Below, piece after piece: positions 1 to 10,469 of a stretch of DNA of 64,000 bases. How positions within the stretch are numbered: the stretch's first letter is position 1; each line of letters starts with the position of its first letter. Under the pieces are notes generated by a model. It was not told the DNA's origin and searched no databases. It saw only the letters and a list, made by a program, of their open reading frames with translations. Source of the DNA: Leucoraja ocellata (lineage: Eukaryota); NCBI GenBank assembly GCA_036785375.1, contig JAWMAR010000055.1, positions 7,812,001 to 7,876,000 of the forward strand. Reading direction: 5' to 3'. The position numbers were made by a program, and so were the translations under genes.

Positions 1-487
1 CATGGGTGATCTGGAGCCATCTAACGGCCAGAGTGGATGCAGTGGAAGATTTCTGTCCCTGAAGGACACTTGCAAACCATGTGGGGCTTTTACAACAATC
101 TAGTAGTTTCATTATCAATATCACAGAAACAAGTTTAAAATTGCAGATTTATTAAATTACTCAAATTTAGTTTCCCCCAACTACTCTGGATCAACGTTCC
201 TGAAATGTGGGGGCTAGTCCACTTACTTTCCTATTACACTATTGTGCTCCATGTTCTGCGTTCTTTTAAAACTGGTTAATGAAGCAGAATTTAAATTTAA
301 CAGAGATGCCATATGTGTGAGGAATCGTAAGAAAATTCCTTGACCTTCTGTTATCGTCGAATATCTCACTTTTCATTATATGCACTTGAATTATTGTCTG
401 ACAAATACAAAGCCATCTTCGGGATAGCATTGAACAGCCCAGGGTAATGCATGTAGATTGATTTTACTTCGGAGTCACGTGAGTGAC

Positions 488-523
488 TACGTGAAGAACC
501 CACCCAGCGCGCAGGCGCGGCAT
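488..523. repeat. DIRS left inverted terminal repeat
   Basis: tacgtgaagaacccacccagcgcgcaggcgcggcat is the exact reverse complement of 5147-5182. Confidence 0.92.
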
Positions 524-636
524 TACGTCAGCAGTGCAACAGCGGCAGCAGCTGGAGCCAGGCTCTCCAGCTGCAGCATAAAGACGAGACCTCAGGTAAG
601 TGCCTTTTTTGTTACAGAGTCGCGCTAGAGAGAATA

Positions 637-1848
637 ATGGCCTCTCGCAAGCGACCAGCCAGGAGGACTGCCTGCCCTACTCCACCCGAGGACGGGTCCA
701 TAGCGGGACGGCAGCCTCTCGCAGCGGAGGAGCTTTTTCAACGCTCCCGCTCACCCGACACCGAGCCGCCCCCAGTGCTGCAGATCTCAACGCCCCGCAC
801 AGGGAGGAAGGCGACACAGAAAACCGACCGGCCGGTGTCCTCCGATGATTCGGAGGAACGGGAACACTCTCCCCCACCGAAAAGGGGAGACGCTCGGATA
901 AGCTGCATGAGGCAGCTCCTCGAGCGTATGATTAATGAGGAGATGCGGCATCTCCCAGGAGGACGGGCTTTGGCCTCCTCCTCTCCACACCCTTCTGTAC
1001 CCTCTATATTCGAGGGCAGTAAGGGAGGCCAGGACTGGGCTGGCCTATCCCAAGGGCAGGCGGAGGATATCGTCAGCATGCCGGGCGTGCCGGAAGAAGA
1101 GCTACTGGGTGTAGTGGGCCGATATGCGGCACCACCAACAACTGGGATGGTGTTGCCACCCAGAATGGCGGCAACTATAAACAGGCTGTCCAACAACCCG
1201 CTGCAGGACAAGGCTGTCCAGCAGGCCCTTGACAACTACATCGCGCCCGAAAATTGCGAGGCGCTGAGGGTCAAGACGGTAAATGGGCAGATCTGGAACC
1301 AGCTGGGGCAGCACATAAGGGCTCAGGAGGTCAAAATGCAGCGAGTCCTGAAGCTCCACTCAGCAGCCGTCACCGCCTTTGCTCGGTCCGTTGGGGATGA
1401 AGACCTGACCATACCCCAGCAGGATGCCCTCGCACTGATGTGCAGCACCACGTATGAGCTAAACAACCTACGGCGGGACAACATCAGGCCTGCCCTCAAC
1501 CCAACATATGCCGGCCTCTGTAAAGCTCCAGCGCCCGAACGACAGGCGCTGCTATTTGGTGCGGATCTGGCCAAAAGGCTCAAGGAGTTGGAAGAGGCGG
1601 CAAAACCAGTAGGCCTCATGAGGGCAGGGCCAGGACCGAGCAGGGCGAAGACACCCAGTTGGCCGCACGCCTCGGCAGCCACCAGCAGGTACCGAGCTGG
1701 TGAAAGCCTGGTGACCGCCTCCCACTACCCCCAGTGCTCTTTTTTAGAGCGGGGCCCAGGGCGGAGCCGTGGGAAGATGCGCCGCCCCACCGCAGCACCA
1801 ACACGGACAACCTTGGGCCAGACCCACCGGAAACGACCCCACAAGTGA
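637..1848 (+). CDS. DIRS ORF1, gag-like protein (403 aa)
   Basis: Long ATG-initiated ORF in the first position of the element, with a low-complexity N-terminus and an 'LLFGADLAKRLKE' segment typical of DIRS gag. Assignment rests mainly on position. Confidence 0.8.
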   Translation: MASRKRPARRTACPTPPEDGSIAGRQPLAAEELFQRSRSPDTEPPPVLQISTPRTGRKATQKTDRPVSSDDSEEREHSPPPKRGDARISCMRQLLERMINEEMRHLPGGRALASSSPHPSVPSIFEGSKGGQDWAGLSQGQAEDIVSMPGVPEEELLGVVGRYAAPPTTGMVLPPRMAATINRLSNNPLQDKAVQQALDNYIAPENCEALRVKTVNGQIWNQLGQHIRAQEVKMQRVLKLHSAAVTAFARSVGDEDLTIPQQDALALMCSTTYELNNLRRDNIRPALNPTYAGLCKAPAPERQALLFGADLAKRLKELEEAAKPVGLMRAGPGPSRAKTPSWPHASAATSRYRAGESLVTASHYPQCSFLERGPGRSRGKMRRPTAAPTRTTLGQTHRKRPHK

Positions 1849-1850
1849 AC

Positions 1851-3785
1851 ATGGAGGTAGGTGGGTCTGGTTCCTGTCAACATACACAGACAAAGGGTGT
1901 AGTATTAACAGGGGGACGTTTGAGGTTCTTCAAGCATGTTTGGTGCTCCCTTACTAACAATCAGTTTATACTCAACAGTATTAGTGGATACAAGATTGAA
2001 TTCAAACCAGGCGTAGAACCGCCAGTTCAGCACATGCCCCAAAGGGTGTTCCTTCCCTCGGCAGTTGAGAAGGTAGAAGGACAAGCTGAACTTGATCGGC
2101 TCGTGGCTAAAGGCATCATAGAAATGACCACACACGAGCCGCAAGAATTTGTATCAAATATTTTTCTCAAAACCAAAAAAGATGGTGGATGTCGCATTAT
2201 TATTGATCTGACATCACTCAATCAGTCTGTTGAGTATCAACATTTCAAAATGGAGACATTTGTCACTGCCAGACAACTGATCTCCAAGGGATACTACATG
2301 GCAAGCATAGATATCAAAGATGCTTACTATTTGGTACCCATTCATAAAGATTACTTTAAATATCTGAAATTTATCTGGAGGGGCCAGCTATGGCAGTACC
2401 GAGCTTTGCCCAATGGTTTAACGACAGCTCCCAGACTATTTACGAAAATTCTTAAAGTGGCCATGAAGAAATTGAGAGAACTAAAACATTTAGTAGTGGC
2501 CTATCTGGACGATGTTCTCATATTAGGAAGAACACGGGAACAAGCTGTCGCAGGAGTGTTAGCCACTAAACAACTCCTTGAAACTTTGGGTTTTATCCTC
2601 CACCCAGATAAATCAATATTGGAGCCTACTACTAACATGGATTACTTAGGCTTCACTATTGACACGATTCACATGACTGTCACTCTGCCCAGAAACAAAA
2701 CAGTTTCACTCATTGAAGCTTGTAGCCATTTAATTGCCACACCGCAACCTAGAATACGGCATGTAGCCAGAGTTATTGGCTCTATAGTAGCAGCATTTCC
2801 GGCTGCCCAACATGGGCCCTTGCATTATCAAAATCTACAAAGAGCAAGGACTCATGCATTACGCCTTCATAGGGGGCATTATGATCGCAAAATGGATTTA
2901 CCCGCTGAAGCCAAATCAGAACTTCAGTGGTGGGTTGACAATATTTGGCACAGTCACAGTCCTATCACCGTAACCAATCCTAACATAACCATTGCAACGG
3001 ATGCCAGTGCTTTAGGCTGGGGAGCTACTAACTCCAAAGACAGCACAGGTGGCAGATGGACTAACTCAGAGGCATCGCTACTACAATCACTGGGCATTAA
3101 CTTTTTGGAAATGCTCGCCGCCTTTTATGGGCTAAAAGCATATGCATCTGGTATGCGACACGTGCATGTTAGAATTATGATCGACAACACTACGGCAGTA
3201 TCTTATATCCAGCACATGGGTGGCATTAAATCAGTATCATGCGACAAATTAACTGCTATAATCTGGCAATGGTGTGTCGAGAGACATATTTGGCTATCAG
3301 CTGCCTATTTACCAGGCAAGCTAAATTTAGTGGCGGACACCAGGTCACGAAAATTCAACGACAACATCGAATGGATGTTGGACCCAAAATCATTTGCTAA
3401 AATTATCAAGCAATATGGTACGCCAGATATAGATTTGTTTGCGTCTAGGTTAAATCACCAACTACCCATGTATGTGGCTTGGGAACCAGACCCAGAGGCA
3501 GCAGCGGTAGATGCCTTCACGCTGGACTGGGGAAATTTCTTTTTCTATGCTTTCCCTCCCTTCTGCCTCATCAGTCGGGTACTCCAGAAAATTCAGGCAG
3601 ACTCAGCCTCTGGCATTCTGGTCGTGCCCGACTGGCCTACCCAACCATGGTTCCCAATGTTCCACGACATGGTGGTAGAGACACCAATGGTCCTTCAACA
3701 CCACCCCCAATTATTGACTCACCCGGTAACTGGCATTAGCCATCCATGCCACCAAAAATTGAAACTCCTGGTTTCCAGATTTTGA
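1851..3785 (+). CDS. DIRS ORF2: reverse transcriptase, RNase H and Dam-like adenine methyltransferase domain
   Basis: RT motifs 'IDIKDAYY', 'LPNGLTTAPRLF' and YLDD (2502-2513). RNase H motifs 'TDAS..GWG', 'INFLEM', 'DNTTAV', 'NLVADTRSR'. MT motifs 'IDLFAS', 'YAFPPF', 'VVPDWPTQPWF'. First in-frame ATG is 1851, 2 nt after the gag stop; the frame is open from at least 1734. Confidence 0.93.
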   Translation: MEVGGSGSCQHTQTKGVVLTGGRLRFFKHVWCSLTNNQFILNSISGYKIEFKPGVEPPVQHMPQRVFLPSAVEKVEGQAELDRLVAKGIIEMTTHEPQEFVSNIFLKTKKDGGCRIIIDLTSLNQSVEYQHFKMETFVTARQLISKGYYMASIDIKDAYYLVPIHKDYFKYLKFIWRGQLWQYRALPNGLTTAPRLFTKILKVAMKKLRELKHLVVAYLDDVLILGRTREQAVAGVLATKQLLETLGFILHPDKSILEPTTNMDYLGFTIDTIHMTVTLPRNKTVSLIEACSHLIATPQPRIRHVARVIGSIVAAFPAAQHGPLHYQNLQRARTHALRLHRGHYDRKMDLPAEAKSELQWWVDNIWHSHSPITVTNPNITIATDASALGWGATNSKDSTGGRWTNSEASLLQSLGINFLEMLAAFYGLKAYASGMRHVHVRIMIDNTTAVSYIQHMGGIKSVSCDKLTAIIWQWCVERHIWLSAAYLPGKLNLVADTRSRKFNDNIEWMLDPKSFAKIIKQYGTPDIDLFASRLNHQLPMYVAWEPDPEAAAVDAFTLDWGNFFFYAFPPFCLISRVLQKIQADSASGILVVPDWPTQPWFPMFHDMVVETPMVLQHHPQLLTHPVTGISHPCHQKLKLLVSRF

Positions 3786-4756
3786 ACAGGCCTTACCGGG
3801 GATTGGGGTTATCAGACAGAACAATCACCACCATGTCGGCATCCCTGCGAGTTTCCACCAAGAAACAGTACCTGACCTTCATCAGGAAATGGGAACAGTA
3901 CTGTCTGGACGCAGGGACATCCTACACGACGACTTCGATCTCGGATGTGCTGGAGTTCCTGGCCCACCTGCACCATGATCTCAAGATGAGCTACAGTGCC
4001 ATCAATACGGCTCGGAGCGCACTGTCCGCATACCTCATGCCGATAGAACAGCATAGTGTGGGATCCCACCCTCTAGTCATCAGACTCCTTAAGGGGATCT
4101 TTAATACCAAACCCCCTACACCTAGATACACTCACATGTGGGATGTGAGTGTAGTTCTCACACACCTTCGAGGTTGGCCTCCGGTGGGATCCCTGAGCCT
4201 GGAACAGGCCACTTACAAAACCCTCATGCTCATGGCGCTTGTCTCAGCTCAAAGGGTTCAGTCGCTCCATCAGCTTAATCTGAACTACATGGTGACCACC
4301 CCAGATACCATTACTTTCACCATGCCGGGGTTGGTAAAACAAAGTAGACCAGGTACATCAAACTCCCCGTTGATCTTCCGGGCTTACCCTCCAGAACCTA
4401 GGCTGTGTGTGGTGACCCACCTTCATCATTATCTAGACACAACCCAAACGCTAAGAGGGAGAGAGAAAGCCTTATGGGTTAGCCACAGAAAGCCTTTTGG
4501 ACGGGTAACCAGCCAAACATTATCCAGATGGTTGAAACAGGTCCTCAGCATGGCAGGGATTAACACAAATGTTTTTAAATCCCATTCAACCAGGGCAGCG
4601 TCCACCTCAGCGGCGGATAGGATGCAGGTTCCCCTCGACCACATCCTCAGAGCAGCGGGATGGTCAAGGGAATCGACATTCCAACGATTTTACAACAAAC
4701 CGCTGATGGAACAGGACGTCTTTGCGGATACCGTTTTAAAAACCGCAAAGTTATGA
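3746..4756 (+). CDS. DIRS ORF3: tyrosine recombinase (336 aa)
   Basis: Catalytic residues in 'SAQRVQSL' (R), 'HSTR' (4583-4594), 'AAGWS' and 'FQRFY' (Y). N-terminal 'YSAINTARSALS' core-binding segment. Overlaps ORF2 by 40 nt. Confidence 0.93.
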   Translation: MPPKIETPGFQILNRPYRGLGLSDRTITTMSASLRVSTKKQYLTFIRKWEQYCLDAGTSYTTTSISDVLEFLAHLHHDLKMSYSAINTARSALSAYLMPIEQHSVGSHPLVIRLLKGIFNTKPPTPRYTHMWDVSVVLTHLRGWPPVGSLSLEQATYKTLMLMALVSAQRVQSLHQLNLNYMVTTPDTITFTMPGLVKQSRPGTSNSPLIFRAYPPEPRLCVVTHLHHYLDTTQTLRGREKALWVSHRKPFGRVTSQTLSRWLKQVLSMAGINTNVFKSHSTRAASTSAADRMQVPLDHILRAAGWSRESTFQRFYNKPLMEQDVFADTVLKTAKL

Positions 4757-4920
4757 TTTAAAGCCCATGGGAGCTATTTTGTTTTTTGTTATAGTTAATA
4801 AATATTTCTTTTATAACTAAACAAACTTGTTGGTCTCTAGCTACCACTTCCTCCCTCGATGATCTTTCGGCAGTGAGTGATATAACTGTTACACGGTTTG
4901 AAATCACAGACCTTTGAAGT

Positions 4921-5032
4921 CTTCACGTAGTCACTCACGTGACTCCGAAGTAAAATAGTAAGATTAAACGAGTACTTACCAGTACGAAGTTTGATCTGTA
5001 TTTTATGAGGAGTTACGATGAGGGATTACGTG
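4921..5032. repeat. DIRS internal complementary region (ICR)
   Basis: 4921-4956 is the reverse complement of 461-496, and 4950-5032 is the reverse complement of 5177-5259. No mismatches seen. Confidence 0.93.
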
Positions 5033-5146
5033 CCCTCCGCTCCCACCCTCATTATATAGATCAAATTCGGACTAATGTCTCGTTGGTCTTCACTATCTTT
5101 ACTTCAACTAGTGTCTATCTGTGATTCCACACCGCTGCTTGGAAGT

Positions 5147-5259
5147 ATGCCGCGCCTGCGCGCTGGGTGGGTTCTTCACGTAATCCCTCATCGTAACTCC
5201 TCATAAAATACAGATCAAACTTCGTACTGGTAAGTACTCGTTTAATCTTACTATTTTAC
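5147..5259. repeat. DIRS right inverted repeat (5147-5182) plus right extension
   Basis: Complementary to the left ITR and to the ICR as described above. Confidence 0.92.
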
Positions 5260-8200
5260 AGGACATATGTGTCCAAGCATGTTTTTAAATGAAATGTTTT
5301 TGTGTGCTGGAACGGTGTTTAAACTATACATATCTGTTCTTGAAGACTAAAATAAGACAGCTTCCAGATGTATGAACTGAGTGATCCATTTGTTTAGGTT
5401 TTGTTCCACAGCTGATGCCTAGATTAGTGCTGGCTGGACAAAACTATGGGAGATTTGTCTGGTTTCCACGATGCCATGTTTATATTTCATTTGGATTCCT
5501 CCTTCAAAGCTGACCTCCCTGTGACCTGCTGATAGACTATGTCCACCAGTATACTCACTCCATCTTGGCCACAGCTGATCTCCGATTGAAAAACTGAGAT
5601 TGTGCCTTTTTTTCCCCATTCTGATTTCATTGTCCTGCTTTGGGATTAACTTTGTTCAGATAAATTTGGACCTTGTGCTGAGATGTTGATAGTTGAAAGG
5701 AACTGGTCAATGACATCTTGTTACATTATTGAGAATGTGTTTTGACAACAATTTGGCCTGCTTTATATGTGTAGATTAAGATGTTTCCTTGTTATGTGTT
5801 TATGATTAAATTAGATTAAAAAGCAGTTTAATGCCATTGTTGATGGAATACAGGGCAAAGTGGTTGATGCTATCGAGCTTGGTGATTTAAAAATCCAAAT
5901 AAATGTCTTCCAAAAAGGAAAATAAAATAAATGGCTAGTGTACAATTTTTAAAATAGTATTGCTAAAAGACTTTTGGCTGAAGACTCGGGATTCCTGCCC
6001 AAAAATGCCATATGTATTACACAATCAAGCACTGAAATGTAAACAGAATACTGTGCCATAGAATCAGGGTGGTCTAAACTTGCATCCCACTACCCCCCAC
6101 AGCCCCCCCCCCCCCCCCCCCCCCCCCCCTACCATTAAAAAAAAAAAATATCTGCTGTGAAATGACCACAGTAGTTGTAGTGTTATTTCTGTTTTGGCTG
6201 CTGAGCCAGATTTTGGAATAGAACTAACAGTGAACATTTTAATAATTATAAGGCTCTGGACTGCCAAAGGAGTGTAACTGAATTTAAAATTGGGTAGAAT
6301 CTGGGTCAAATGTATTTGTCTCACTGTTTAAAAAGATTATTTGTGAGAAATGTCCAAATTCCAGTTCCATAATTTATTTCTGCTCTAAATTTTCTGTAAC
6401 GTGAATTAACCAGTTTAAAAAATCTTAAGTCTTTTGTATATATAAAAAAAATAAATAAATAAAGATCTTTAAGTTACATCTATTTATTATCATTATAAGC
6501 TATTTACTTCATCAACATATACTGCAGATGATTTATATTTAAGGGCCTCACAATGTGTATCATTTTCTCTTTAAGGTACGTCTTTCTATTCATAAGATGG
6601 TTGTACAAAGTATCTGACAAGTCCAAAATTATTTTATTGTTGAGTAGTATTTAATTTATTCTCTCTGTTATATTGGAAGTGTTAATTTCTCTCAAGTTTT
6701 TCTTACTACCTCAATTGTCTCATTACCCTGACGTAAGAGAAACAAATGCTCTTCATTTTGGAGATCTTGGGAAGAAATGGGTGGATCTAGTGGTTTTCTT
6801 TTTTTTAAAAGGCAACTGTTTCACATGCCTTACAAAATATATCTCTTCGTTTGTTTCCCACACCAATTGATTTATCATTTTGCTTGCAAGCAGACTTAGA
6901 ATGTTAGGGCAGGAGCACACTCACTTTTTTCTCGTAACTTTTATGTTGCTGGCCGAAACCAGTTGACTTGAATAAATTTTTTTGCAGTCTGAATGAAGCC
7001 AGCAACGTGGAAAAATCTTACCATTCAGGGTTGTCTGAATGTACATTTCAGCCACACAGTAAGCTGTATTTGTAAGCAGTGGACTGCTAAATACAACCAT
7101 TTTTCGCAGTGGAGAGTTAGACAGGTGATTAGCATAATTAGCACAGACCATGCTATACATATGGAAATGTTAAGTGTGTAAATGCCAGCTGCGGTGTAAA
7201 ATTTATGTCAGAGGGTCGACAGGGCTGTGTGAAAGTATTGTGTTACAGCTGCAGGTCAAAGCCTCCATTGCTTACCCCCTTTCTTTTGATAGTGAATGCA
7301 CTAAACAGAATAGAGGAGAAAAAGAACTAGAGAGAAGAGAAAAAAAGTATAACAGATAACACTTAGAAACTTTTGGAGCAATCATGTTTTTCAATTTTCT
7401 TCAGTAGATTTTCATCTTCCATGCCTTCCTTCATTTGTCCACTGATGACCATTTTTCATCAGAATTTCCCAACAGCCTTCTACCTATTTCAATTTCTAAA
7501 AGGCCTCAAGTTTATTTTTGAAAGGAAGCAACTGTTTCAACCTGGAATGAAATGTAACAGCAACTGCTTGTAAACATTTGAAACATTTTTTTCCTTTAAA
7601 ATGTTTCTTCAAGCAATTTTTTAAATTAATTTGATGGGAGAAATTGAATGTAAGTTTCATGAAAGCAAATATTAATAATCCATAGTTGCATATTTGAGTA
7701 AAGTTCATCATCAGTTATAAATTATTTGTGCAGATTTTGGTTTTGTATCTATTTTATGACAGACTTGTGGTGCTGGTGGTAGAGAATAGTTAGCATCACA
7801 CTGATCCCGCAATGAAACTTCCTCATAGCTGCGGGGGGTTCTTATGAGTCAGTCCCTAATCCAACTAATCCTAGTCGCAACAAAATCATGAAAGTGGCCC
7901 CCAGTGATGTGTGTTTCCCTGCACAGATGCAGAAGGAAAAGTGTTGGTTATAAATCACTCCAAAATGATCCATACAGACTGGGGAGCTTGTGTGAAGCTG
8001 GAGGCAACCATTGTGTTTGCCCATGTGGCCTACAGTGGAAAACCAATGAAAAGAGACTTTGTTGCTGAGAGGTGAGGCCTGTTCAGAACTGATTGGTGAT
8101 GTCAGCTTCAAAAGAGGCATGGGGTCAATGTGACGCAGCAGAAGTGAGTGGATTGACATGAAGTTGCAGCCTTAAACCAGCGGCTGTTTGTTGAGACACT

Positions 8201-8395
8201 CGGCAACACTCGGTATATCTAAAACACTTATTATATCTAATAATTGAATTTGGGTGTTTAATGTTGACAACAAAAACATTTTTTAAAGGATGCAGAAGAT
8301 TTTTCATACCAATCATTTGCAATTGTAAAAGCATAAATTATAGTTCAGCCAAATTCAAAAAATGTAATGCTACAAAACCGTCATCTTCAGTTCTG

Positions 8396-8420
8396 AAATG
8401 AAATGAAATGAAATGAAATG
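8396..8420. repeat. (GAAAT)n microsatellite
   Basis: About five tandem copies of gaaat. Confidence 0.8.
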
Positions 8421-9094
8421 ATTCTACTTGCCGCAGTGAGTGAATGCACTGAATGGTGGGGTGCACAGTTGCACAGACCAAGCTTTCACATCTGATCTAG
8501 AAGTTGGTCGCCAAAGCCAGTAGTTAAGGTGAAAAATAAAATCAAACCAAATTTCTTGCTCATGATCAGAAATGCCTGCTGAAAAGTGTGTGTGTCTGAA
8601 CTTTGACTGAGGGTAGAGTAATTTGGCTAAGTGTCAGATTTGAACTAGGCTATGCATGTATCCAAGGATCCCAGCATCCATAGTATAGTGTACAACCTGA
8701 TTTGTTTCCGTCTAGGGATAAAACGGAAACTGTCTTCCTCTTTTAATGATGATATTGAGGTGCAAAATCTTAATACTGTTCTTCACTGGAGTACTGTTGT
8801 TTCACACATGGTTGTACGTTAATGTTGTACAGATGGTAAAGATTATTTGTTTTCAGTTTCACCATGCGCTACCTGAAGGAATATGGATCTCAAAACCAGA
8901 CTGTGGTGGAAGTGAGATGCAGATGCATGAGTGAGATGGAACATTGTCCAAAAACTGATTCATGCTTATTGATAATTGAAATAGAATGTGGTAGGGAAAG
9001 GATTTTGTTTGCAACAAATATTAATATAAGAATAGCCTGACAAGCAGGGGATGGTTCCATATTCATTAAAAAAGATCTTTAGACTCTCCAGTGA

Positions 9095-9700
9095 GTCAGT
9101 AAGTAAGTTTATTGGCCAAGTATTCACATACAAGGAATTTGCCTTGGTGCTCCGCCCATAAGTAACAACATGACATAGTGACGGTTATGAATGACTCGGA
9201 AAACACTAAACATTAATAATGATAAAACACCATTGATCAAGCATGTGAACCAACAAAATACCAGATCAAAGGGAGGCTACAGATTTTTGGCTGTTGAGTA
9301 GAGCAACTGCTCGTGGATAAAAACTGTTTTTATGTCTGGCTGTGGCAGCTTTGACAGTCCGGAGTCGCCTTCCTGAGGGAAGTGATTCAAAGAGTTTGTG
9401 GCCAGGGTGCAAGGGGTCAGAGATGATCTTGCCCGCTCGCTTCCTGGTCCTTGCAGTGTACAGTTTATCAATGGAGGGAAGGTTGCAGCCAATCTTCTCT
9501 GCTGATTGGACGATTCGCTGCAGCCTCCAGGTGTCGTGCTTGGTGGCCGAGGAAACCAGACCATGATGGCGAAGGTGAGAACATACTCTACGATGGTCGT
9601 GTAGAATTGGACCATCATTGCCTGTGGCAGATTATGCTTCCTCAGCTGCCGCAGGAAGTACATCCTCTGGTGTGCCTTTTTGAACAGATTGGACACAGTG
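9095..9700 (-). mobile_element. 5'-truncated LINE 3' end (L2/Rex-Babar type)
   Basis: Minus-strand 'KKAHQRMYFLRQLRK...FYTTIVE.VLTFAIMVWF' resembles the post-RT region of fish L2/Rex LINEs. Ends in AATAAA plus a (CTTA)n tail near 9100-9112. Confidence 0.75.
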
Positions 9701-10089
9701 ATGAATTCAGTGTCCAGTTCTATTTGAAATCATTAAAGTATTATTAACACACAATTGTCCATGCTTGGTTCTAGCCCAGAATCCTAATCAGAAATGTACT
9801 TGTACTACTAATATTTGATCTCAGACCTAATAACATTTTATTTTCTTGAGCCTGGCCAGACCTGCTAGCACCCCCTTTTACAGTCCATCCTCCAATAGTC
9901 AATGAACGGCATCACAATCTGAATAAACACCAACTGATCCTCAATCTTACTTTAAACATGGGCAGGGGTAGGAGATGGAATCATCAGTGCAAGTTTCGTT
10001 AAGCTTGTAGAGCAGGCCCAAGGATTTTGGACTGCATTAATAATCCTGATATCTGATTGATTTTTGAAGCTTGTTGTTTGTGTTGACCA

Positions 10090-10469
10090 AAAGTGGGAAA
10101 GAAGGAGATTCTCACTGAAAGTCACATTTTCCCCATGTTATTTTTGGAATACTGATTGGTATTTTAACAGTGTGTAACAAAGATGGTAAAGTGGGTATTT
10201 TGATTGTCAGGTGGCCCTTGATTGGTGGGCATGTGGGCATTGTGACGTCAGTAGCTGGCAAGCGGCGATTATTTTTTAATGTGAGTTTTGTGAACAATTT
10301 TATTCAAAATCTGGGGAAATATTTGACCAAATTTAGGATTTTTGAAATAGTGTTAAATCCCTACCAAAATATGTAAAAAATCTCTGCGTTTTTGCGTCTG
10401 GTTTTCGAGGAAATACGTTTCAAAGGCAAAATCACACACGCACACACACTCTCTTTTAAAGGAAAAAGA
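10090..10469 (-). mobile_element. Non-autonomous Helitron-like element, 5' portion
   Basis: Minus strand begins A|TC at 10469. 'tcctcgaaaa...ttttacatattttggtagggattta' is homologous to 20715-20771 and to the copy at 53857-54507. Left boundary is approximate. Confidence 0.5.

Larger units (their letters stand above)
461..5259 (+). mobile_element. DIRS1-like tyrosine-recombinase retrotransposon, apparently full length and intact
   Basis: Three open ORFs (gag-like; RT-RNaseH-MT; YR). 36-bp inverted repeat 488-523/5147-5182. Internal complementary region 4921-5032 matches the left end (461-496) and right end (5177-5259) in reverse complement. ATTTTAC occurs at both boundaries. Confidence 0.95.

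Noticed and set aside
596-617. GT...AG pair as a micro-intron in the DIRS leader
   Set aside because: 22 nt is far below the spliceosomal minimum; donor and acceptor are treated separately.
1734-1850. ORF-track start of DIRS pol at 1734
   Set aside because: Non-ATG start within the gag overlap; the first in-frame ATG is 1851.
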